A DNA stretch of 64,000 nt from Candidatus Uhrbacteria bacterium RIFCSPHIGHO2_02_FULL_46_47 (GTDB lineage Bacteria; Patescibacteriota; Patescibacteriia; GWA2-47-26). Of this stretch, positions 30,675 to 37,562 are shown in pieces. The notes beneath the pieces were generated by a model. That model made no database searches. It saw nothing but the letters and a program-made list of their open reading frames with translations, and had not been told where the DNA came from. Numbering within the stretch: position 1 is the stretch's first letter; each line of letters begins with the position of its first letter. Made by a program: the position numbers and the translations under genes. The stretch spans positions 14,277 to 78,276 of the forward strand of contig MGDU01000020.1 of NCBI GenBank assembly GCA_001790815.1, given 5' to 3'.

Positions 30675-31001
30675 CTATTCCGTCGGTTTACTCTTCTTTT
30701 TTAATTGCTCTTCTCTTATTTTTTCTCTCAACTCCCCTGTTGCCATCTGCCCTAAAAGCGTCTTAGGTCTTGCTGGAGCCTCGCCTTTTTTATAAACACC
30801 ATGATTGCGCAAATCTTCTTCCGTTAACCCACCTTGCTTGCTTAACAACTTTCTCAACTCTAGCAAACCAAACATGGAGGATTTAGGCCTGCCCCATTCA
30901 TAGTCACCCTCTTCTGCTCCAATTTTACTTAGTTGTTCCTCACTTATAATTACAAAATCAGGTTGATGTTCTCTCATTTCGCTCATAGAAAAATTTTTCA
31001 A
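30675..31001 (-). CDS. Hypothetical small protein, paralogous promoter class A
   Basis: 108 aa. Its upstream region shares a DnaA-box/TTGCAAT/SSR promoter module with the gene at 54058..54423. Confidence 0.45.
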   Translation of the reverse strand: MKNFSMSEMREHQPDFVIISEEQLSKIGAEEGDYEWGRPKSSMFGLLELRKLLSKQGGLTEEDLRNHGVYKKGEAPARPKTLLGQMATGELREKIREEQLKKKSKPTE

Positions 31002-31171
31002 AAATTAATCCTACTAAAATCCTACTATATATATATATATGGATTGCAAGGGGGGGTGTGGATAACATAATAAACAGGGCGCAAACAAACCGCACGTACT
31101 TTGCGTTTGCGTCTTTAAACAAAAATCAAGCCCAGCCGGGCTTGCCTTTACAAAAAGCTTGCTAACTACTT

Positions 31172-31471
31172 TTAGAGAAACAATTGCGGGAATGGCTCTA
31201 GAGAAAGAATGCGTTTTATATCCGGATCGGTTAGCACTTTCTTTTCGCGCAAAATTTCAACCAGTGTCCGCAATTTTACATCTTCTTTGCGCACAGTCAA
31301 AATAATATCTCCTTTTGTATTAAATAGTTTTTTATCCATATCATCTTGGGTTGGTATGGTAGTTAAAGTAGCATTAATCTTTACAAACTGCTGGTCTACT
31401 TTGGTTGCAAACTCATTCATGGCTTCAAGAATCTCAGCATTCGTTGGTTCTCCATTTATATTAGCAGACAT
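31172..31471 (-). CDS. Hypothetical protein
   Basis: 99 aa. Followed by a terminator hairpin (31105-31125, CAAGCCCGGCTGGGCTTG on the minus strand) and a T-run. Confidence 0.45.
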   Translation of the reverse strand: MSANINGEPTNAEILEAMNEFATKVDQQFVKINATLTTIPTQDDMDKKLFNTKGDIILTVRKEDVKLRTLVEILREKKVLTDPDIKRILSLEPFPQLFL

Positions 31472-31476
31472 ACGGA

Positions 31477-31674
31477 TTATTCTTCAGATTTTTCCAATTT
31501 AAAATACCTTTTAGTGTATTGCGCTAATCTTGTTCCACATTTATCACACAAATCAAAATAAAGATTCAGTCCTTGTCCGCGAATACTGCCACCTATCCAA
31601 GGCGCCCCCTTTTCAAATCCCCATGTGTTTTGAGGCTTATCCTTTTTACATTTATTACATTTCGTAATATTCAT
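31477..31674 (-). CDS. Small Cys-rich zinc-ribbon protein
   Basis: CNKC...CDKC pairs (65 aa). Confidence 0.4.
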   Translation of the reverse strand: MNITKCNKCKKDKPQNTWGFEKGAPWIGGSIRGQGLNLYFDLCDKCGTRLAQYTKRYFKLEKSEE

Positions 31675-31727
31675 ACATTCGTCATTATATCAACTGTAAA
31701 CACCGTGTCAAATTATTGTAAACAGCA

Positions 31728-32606
31728 TCATTTTGGTTCTAGATAAAAATCAATCTCTCGCTTACCGGCCATGTCCGCAGTAAATGGCTGGTTCAAAATT
31801 TGATACTGATTAGCAAGAGAAGGTGGCGGAGCAATCCAAAAGAAATCTATTTGCGATTGTGTAATTGTTCTGTGTGCTGAATTTGAAGCAACAAACTGAT
31901 AAAACCCGCCTGCATTCGCATCTGCTCTAATATTGCCAATTTTATTTTTTAAATAAACATATACCATAGGATCTGGAATTGGCGCTCCGGAGGCGGCATC
32001 TGTAACGTGCCCATAAAAAATCGCATCCGGCATTGGTTCAGTCATGGTCGTGTTGAAAATCAAAATATCAAATTGTTGCGTTTTTGAAGCATCAATAACA
32101 ACTCCTTCTGCGCTATAAGTTTGATAATTGACTCGTTCCAGTTCTAATTCATTCGGTGGGGCTGCCCAAATTGTGTATCGTCCGGATGGATAAGGAAATG
32201 GGTCATTTGAAGGCAATTGCTTTAATTCGTAGCGTCCACTTGCGTCAGTGCGCAATGGAACACTAATTCTACTCAGATATTCTTCTTCAAAATACAGATT
32301 CACAAACGCATTGGCAAAAGGTTGATTCGTCTTTGAATCGCGCACATAACCAAAAAGAATCACATCATTTGCGCGTGACCTTTGAATAATGGGCTGAGGC
32401 GATGAAAAATTTGTTGCGTTAGTAGGTTGTGGTTCAGCAACAGAAGGCACAGGCAATGTCTCTATATCTGCCACAGGGGCAGATATATCCTCGGGGGAGG
32501 ATATATTATCAGAAGGCGCGGATATTTCTGAAACGGGTGCGCTTGCACACTGAGCGCCAAAAAGCAAAAGTGCGGCAAAAAAGATAAAAAAATATAGCAA
32601 CCTCAT
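31728..32606 (-). CDS. Secreted protein with carboxypeptidase-regulatory-like beta-sandwich repeats
   Basis: Signal peptide MRLLYFFIFFAALLLFGAQCASA; ...NAFVNLYFEEEY...DASGRYELKQL... resembles a CarbopepD_reg-like fold. Confidence 0.45.
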   Translation of the reverse strand: MRLLYFFIFFAALLLFGAQCASAPVSEISAPSDNISSPEDISAPVADIETLPVPSVAEPQPTNATNFSSPQPIIQRSRANDVILFGYVRDSKTNQPFANAFVNLYFEEEYLSRISVPLRTDASGRYELKQLPSNDPFPYPSGRYTIWAAPPNELELERVNYQTYSAEGVVIDASKTQQFDILIFNTTMTEPMPDAIFYGHVTDAASGAPIPDPMVYVYLKNKIGNIRADANAGGFYQFVASNSAHRTITQSQIDFFWIAPPPSLANQYQILNQPFTADMAGKREIDFYLEPK

Positions 32607-32645
32607 ATCTTTTTATATATCATATAAAATCACGACTGTCAATAT

Positions 32646-33347
32646 CTAGAGCTTTTGTAATTTATATACAACATCCTTTCTTTCCACCACAATTTCCCAT
32701 CCTTTTTTCTTGGCCACTTGGTACAAGCCGCTTGAAGGATTAAAAGCAATTGGCCGATCAACTATTTCAAACATTGAAATATCGCTTTCTGTATCCCCGA
32801 CCGCGATTGACCCGCGCAAGGTAACATTGTATTTTTCCAGCACATGCTTGATAAGCAAATGTTTGTTCCGCACGGAATAGATGTATTTCATATTTCCTGT
32901 ATAGCGGCCGCTTTTGTCAGTTTCAAGAACCCAGCCGTAGGTCTTATCAAATCGCAGGAAACGATTGTACCAACGCACAATTTCAAATGGCGATCCGGAT
33001 ATGGCCACAATAAAGTAATTCTTTTTCTTTAGCTCTAAAATAAGATCGCGCGTAAAGCGATACACATGCGACTTTTCACTGGATACAATTTTACGACTAA
33101 TGCGCCGTATATCGCTTTGCTTTTTCCCTCTGATATGCGCGATAAATACTTTTACTAATTTTTCAAGATACACATCATATGATCCTTTGCGATTAAGCCA
33201 GGCGCGCAAATACGGATCCACTTCTTCCCGTGCGCCTTTTGAAAAAATTCCTTCATTCACTAAATAGGAAAAAAGCCGGCGGGTTAAACTGCTTCTAAAA
33301 ATCGTTCCATCCACATCAAACACCGCTAATTTCCGCAATTTCTGCAT
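32646..33347 (-). CDS. HAD-superfamily hydrolase (HAD-IB-like)
   Basis: LAVFDVDGTI is HAD motif I. C-terminal ...GDTESDISMF is motif IV. Confidence 0.6.
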   Translation of the reverse strand: MQKLRKLAVFDVDGTIFRSSLTRRLFSYLVNEGIFSKGAREEVDPYLRAWLNRKGSYDVYLEKLVKVFIAHIRGKKQSDIRRISRKIVSSEKSHVYRFTRDLILELKKKNYFIVAISGSPFEIVRWYNRFLRFDKTYGWVLETDKSGRYTGNMKYIYSVRNKHLLIKHVLEKYNVTLRGSIAVGDTESDISMFEIVDRPIAFNPSSGLYQVAKKKGWEIVVERKDVVYKLQKL

Positions 33348-33465
33348 AGATGTGATGCAAATCTACAAATCTTATGCTAATTTACAAATTGCGAATTTGT
33401 ATTTGTAGATTTGAATGACATTTGTATATTGGCATTGTAGCACAGTTATGATATAGTCCCCTAAT

Positions 33466-34338
33466 ATGCAAGCTTATTTAGATATTGTCCGTCATATTTT
33501 AGAGCATGGAGAAATGAAGGAAAACCGTACTGGCGTGCGTGCGCTCACAGTTGCGGGCGCGATGTTTGAGCATGACATGGCGCAGGGCTTCCCCCTGCTC
33601 ACTACCAAAAAAATGCCGTTTAAAGTCATGGCCACGGAATTGGAATTTTTTATTAAAGGCGTGACAGACAAACAGTGGCTTAAAGATCGCAATTGCCATA
33701 TTTGGGATGAATGGGCTTCTCCTAAAAAAGCTCCGTATGGCCATGATGAGCAGTCAAAAAAACGCATGGCGCAGGAGCGAGATTTAGGGCCAGTATACGG
33801 TTTTCAATGGCGGCATTTTGGCGCGCCTTATCATAGCCATGATACAAACTATGATGGACAAGGCGTAGATCAACTGGCAAATCTTGTACAAAAACTCAAA
33901 ACCAATCCAGACGATCGTCGTATGATTGTCTGCGCTTGGAATCCAGTGGCTTTGCCGGAAATGGGTTTGCCGCCTTGCCATTACGCCTTTCAAGTAACAG
34001 TTATCAATGGCAAACTTAATCTGCTGTGGAATCAGCGTTCAGTAGATACTATGCTTGGTCTGCCCTTTAACATTTCCAGCTACGCGCTTCTTTTACACTT
34101 GCTTGCTAAAGAAGCAGGGCTGAAAGAAGGAAAACTGGTTGGATTTTTAGGCGATGTGCATATTTATGAAAATCATCTGGACGGCGCGAGAGAACAACTT
34201 ATCCGGGATCCGATGACATATGCGCTTCCCACAATCCAAACTGATCCATGGACTGGTATTTTCAACTGGGAAGCCACCCACACCAAACTCCTTGGCTACG
34301 AAAGTTATCCTAAGATTGAATTCCAAATTGCGGTATAG
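33466..34338 (+). CDS. thyA: Thymidylate synthase (ThyA)
   Basis: ...GPVYGFQWRHFGA...RRMIVCAWNPVALPEMGLPPCHYAFQ... contains the catalytic Cys motif. Confidence 0.95.
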   Translation: MQAYLDIVRHILEHGEMKENRTGVRALTVAGAMFEHDMAQGFPLLTTKKMPFKVMATELEFFIKGVTDKQWLKDRNCHIWDEWASPKKAPYGHDEQSKKRMAQERDLGPVYGFQWRHFGAPYHSHDTNYDGQGVDQLANLVQKLKTNPDDRRMIVCAWNPVALPEMGLPPCHYAFQVTVINGKLNLLWNQRSVDTMLGLPFNISSYALLLHLLAKEAGLKEGKLVGFLGDVHIYENHLDGAREQLIRDPMTYALPTIQTDPWTGIFNWEATHTKLLGYESYPKIEFQIAV

Positions 34339-34357
34339 TACAAGCAACGCACACTCA

Positions 34358-34403
34358 ATTAAAATAAAAAGAACTCCCGCACCAGGATGAACCCAGTGCG
34401 GGA
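34358..34403 (-). terminator. Rho-independent terminator (stem CTCCCGCAC/GTGCGGGAG) for the GC-rich gene
   Basis: 9-bp perfect stem with a T-run on the minus strand (A-run 34355-34370 on plus). It also sits after the thyA stop. Confidence 0.65.
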
Positions 34404-34428
34404 GAGTGCAACATGACCGAAACCGATG

Positions 34429-34890
34429 TTACTCGCTGACCGCGACGAGCCAGTGCCAGCCGCCGCTGAAGGCGCTGCCGACCCAGTCGAAGCCCGAGCG
34501 GCCGTAGCCGTGCACGCACGGGAAGGCGGCGTTGCCGTCCGGATCCGACCACGAGGAGTCGGCCACACCGATCTGACCTTTGCCGTCGGGCTTCCGGTAG
34601 CTGGCCTTGAACGCCTGACGCCACTGGCCCTCGGGGATCTTGCCGTGCGGCGCGAGCTTGCGCTTGACCTCCTCAAAGTCTCGGCAGTAACCGATCGCAA
34701 CGAGCTTGAAGCGGCAGGTCTGCGCGCCCTTGACCACACGGCCGTTGTGCTTCCACTTGCCGGTGTAGCCGTCGGTGTGCACCATCGCAAGCGGCTGGTT
34801 GTCGGACGCGTCGCCGTTGAGGGTGAGCTTGAAGACTTCGCCATCAGCCGGGTAGGCGAAGAACGGCTTCACCTCCGCCTCGCCGCGCAC
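34429..34890 (-). CDS. Hypothetical protein in a GC-rich island (possibly the 3' part of a frameshifted gene that continues at 34869..35057)
   Basis: Diverse, Trp/Lys-containing composition, unlike the overlapping Ala/Arg-rich alternative frames. The upstream 62-aa ORF 34869..35057 is in a different frame but contiguous. Confidence 0.45.
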   Translation of the reverse strand: MRGEAEVKPFFAYPADGEVFKLTLNGDASDNQPLAMVHTDGYTGKWKHNGRVVKGAQTCRFKLVAIGYCRDFEEVKRKLAPHGKIPEGQWRQAFKASYRKPDGKGQIGVADSSWSDPDGNAAFPCVHGYGRSGFDWVGSAFSGGWHWLVAVSE

Positions 34891-35545
34891 GACCGGCAGA
34901 GCCCCGCCGCCGTGTTGCCTTCCGAAAGTTTCTCGACGTCGGCGTTGGTCCAGCCGTTGCGACCAAACGCCAACGCCAGCTCGTGTGCCTGTCCTGTTGA
35001 CATCTGGAACGTGTCACCACTCATGACCTGTTCTCCCTTCTCATGCAACTGGTTCATCGCGAACTGTGTTGCAGTTCATGGCCAGAACCCATTTGTCCCA
35101 GCCTTATTTTGAAGGCAATAAAGCCGCCAAAACAAGGCCAGGAATCCTATTCAAAGAACACATTTTATACTACCATATTTTGGACAAAATGTCAAGAGTG
35201 GTGTAAAATGATGAGTGCAGTATGCAAAAACCACTCATCAATTACGCTTTTATTGGTGATTTTTATTGTCTTGTAAAATATTTTCTTAAGCAAAACAAGT
35301 TTGAACGCCTTATTGTACCAAATCGTTATAAATACTCGGTACTCCTGCACCGAGTCTTCTCCGGTTTGCCACAAATCACATTCATGAACGATTTAAAAAA
35401 TATTCTGGAATATAAAAAGAGCAACACCGGGTCTCCCCGGTGAAGCTCATATCGGGGGGTCTATGCAGAGACGGAACCCTGCACATGCCCTACCCGTAGT
35501 AATTCTAAACATAGTATACCATACCCATAAAAACTGTCAAGAGCT

Positions 35546-36157
35546 ATGATATCTATTATTGCCGCGGTTGCAAAAAATGGAGTAATCGGTGCGAAAAATG
35601 ATTTGCCCTGGTATTTGCCCGAAGACTTGAAGCATTTTAAAGAGCTCACTACAGGTAAAACAGTGCTGATGGGGCGCAAAACTTTTGAATCAATTCTGAA
35701 ACGTTTAGGCAAACCCTTGCCCAATCGCAAAAATGTGGTGGTCACGCGGGATCGAAATTATACCCTCTCACCCCCTCCTCAATCCTCCCCCATCAAGGGG
35801 GAGGAAGAAAAAGGAAAAAATCCTCTCCCACAAGGGGAGAGGAAGAACCAAAAAATTCCCTCTCCCTTAATGGGAGAGGGTGCTCCGACCGCAGTCGGAG
35901 CGGGTGAGGGTGTATGTGTACACCACTCGGTTGACGAAGCGCTTGAGCACCACAGTGCCGAAGAAATTATGGTTGCCGGCGGAGGCGAGATATTTAGGCA
36001 AACAATGGACAAAGCAGATACGCTTTATGTTACTGAAGTCGACAAAATTGTAGAAGGCGATGTTTATTTTCCAACGATTGATCCAAAGATCTGGAAAGAA
36101 GTTACCCGCGAACCACATGATGGTTTTTCATTTGTCACCTATATTCGCAATTCGTAG
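35546..36157 (+). CDS. folA: Dihydrofolate reductase carrying a ~55-aa in-frame repeat-element insertion
   Basis: MISIIAAVAKNGVIGAKNDLPWYLPEDLKHFKELTTGKTVLMGRKTFESI is canonical DHFR. The insertion TLSPPPQSSPIKGEEEKGKNPLPQGERKNQKIPSPLMGEGAPTAVGAGEGV is encoded by 35762-35928. Confidence 0.88.
   Translation: MISIIAAVAKNGVIGAKNDLPWYLPEDLKHFKELTTGKTVLMGRKTFESILKRLGKPLPNRKNVVVTRDRNYTLSPPPQSSPIKGEEEKGKNPLPQGERKNQKIPSPLMGEGAPTAVGAGEGVCVHHSVDEALEHHSAEEIMVAGGGEIFRQTMDKADTLYVTEVDKIVEGDVYFPTIDPKIWKEVTREPHDGFSFVTYIRNS
35762..35928. repeat. Composite nested palindromic element (outer CCCTCACCC...GGGTGAGGG; inner family-B core CCCCCTCCTCAATCCTCCCCCATCAAGGGGGAGG; CCCTCTCCC..GGGAGAGGG; GCTCCGACCGCAGTCGGAGC)
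   Basis: Four nested hairpins, GC-rich relative to the flanking folA sequence. Confidence 0.85.
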
Positions 36158-36177
36158 ATTGGCATGAAATTTGTAGA

Positions 36178-36879
36178 TTGGCATCACATATGAAAGGAAC
36201 TTTCATCGTTATTGAAGGCACAGACGGCTCTGGAAAAACAACCCATCTTGAACTGGCTGTAAAAAAACTCACTGCCGACAGCCGTGCAGTTGAAGTTGTG
36301 GATTTTCCACAATACGGCAAAAAAAGTGCTGGCCCGGTTGAAGAATACTTAAATGGGAAATATGGCAGCGCTCAAGAAGTGTCCCCTTATGTGGCTTCAC
36401 TTTTCTATGCAGTTGATCGTTTTGATGCCTCCTTCAAAATCAATAAAGCGCTTACTGATGGAAAAATCGTGCTGGCCAATCGCTATGTTCCGTCTAACAT
36501 CGCGCATCAAGGCGCAAAAATTACGGACATTGCTGAGCGGCAAAAATTCATGCATTGGGTAGAGGAGATAGAGTACGGCATTATGAAACTCCCCAGACCA
36601 GATCGCGTGATTTTCCTGCATGTACCAGCTCATATAAGCTTCGAGCTTGTCGAGAAGAAAAACGAACGCGCCTATTTGCAAGAAGGGAAAAAACGTGATA
36701 TCCATGAATCAGATCTTTTATACCAAAAAGCAGTGGAGCAAAGCTATCTTGAGCTTGCCGCGCATGATACTACTGTAAAGACGATAGAGTGCGCGCCGGA
36801 AGGAAAACTCCTTTACATTGAAGAAATTCATCCTTTAGTCATGAAACAAATTTATGATCTCTTTCAGCAATCTGCTTAA
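36178..36879 (+). CDS. tmk: Thymidylate kinase
   Basis: GTFIVIEGTDGSGKTT is the dTMP kinase P-loop, and the LID region is present. Confidence 0.9.
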   Translation: MASHMKGTFIVIEGTDGSGKTTHLELAVKKLTADSRAVEVVDFPQYGKKSAGPVEEYLNGKYGSAQEVSPYVASLFYAVDRFDASFKINKALTDGKIVLANRYVPSNIAHQGAKITDIAERQKFMHWVEEIEYGIMKLPRPDRVIFLHVPAHISFELVEKKNERAYLQEGKKRDIHESDLLYQKAVEQSYLELAAHDTTVKTIECAPEGKLLYIEEIHPLVMKQIYDLFQQSA

Positions 36880-37555
36880 AAAAACACTGGCTGCTTATTT
36901 TGCGAACTTCAAGGCCATCATGCCATTGCTCGCCGTGTTTGTAATTTGGCAAATCATAATCAATTTATTTTCGGCAGATATCAAAACGGCAATAAGCATA
37001 CTCCCGTATGTCGCGGCTTTCTCGCTTATCGTCGCGGCATTTACCCAACTTTTGCTTTGTCAGACCTTTGGCGATATCTTTAACGGGAAAACTCTGAGTG
37101 CAAGCACGGCGTATAAAGAATCCCTAAAACGTTTTCCGCTTTTTGTGATATTGCTTATATTGCTCGCGGTCATGGTTATCGGCGGACTTTTTTTAGCGCT
37201 TGTGCCCGGCATTATTTTCGCCACTTGGTTTATTTTTTTAGCGCCTGTACTGATGATTGAAAATACCAATATTAGTTCAACCTTCAAGCGCAGCAAATAT
37301 TTGGTCAGCGGAAATTTTTTCCAAGTTCTTTGGCAAACCGCGCTTGTCAGCGTTCTGATAATATTTATTGTAAATATGGCAACTCAAGGGTTGGCGGCAG
37401 TTGCAAAATTGATTACCCCCGGAGTTGCCTTGCCTTATGTATTGACTTTGTCTAACATAGTCGGAGCGTTTTTGGGGGCATTTACCAGCCCTATTATGGT
37501 CGGCTTTCTTGTTGCGCTTTACTTTGAACTGCGGAAATTAAAAAAAGAAATCTAG
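36854..37555 (+). CDS. Hypothetical polytopic membrane protein
   Basis: ~6 predicted TM helices. Overlaps the tmk 3' end by 26 nt. Confidence 0.5.
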   Translation: MISFSNLLKKTLAAYFANFKAIMPLLAVFVIWQIIINLFSADIKTAISILPYVAAFSLIVAAFTQLLLCQTFGDIFNGKTLSASTAYKESLKRFPLFVILLILLAVMVIGGLFLALVPGIIFATWFIFLAPVLMIENTNISSTFKRSKYLVSGNFFQVLWQTALVSVLIIFIVNMATQGLAAVAKLITPGVALPYVLTLSNIVGAFLGAFTSPIMVGFLVALYFELRKLKKEI

Positions 37556-37562
37556 CTTATCT

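Noticed and set aside
31057-31065. Origin of replication (oriC), suggested by the DnaA boxes
   Set aside because: The three perfect TTATCCACA boxes are 11-12 kb apart and are not clustered. No AT-rich DUE lies next to a box cluster, and dnaA and dnaN are absent from the window. Promoter-associated DnaA sites or a repeat motif are more likely.
34426-35112. 228-aa +strand ORF and 161-aa -strand ORF (34359..34844) in the GC-rich island
   Set aside because: Ala/Arg/Pro-rich low-complexity translations are typical of spurious frames in GC-rich DNA. The overlapping frame 34429..34890 has protein-like composition.
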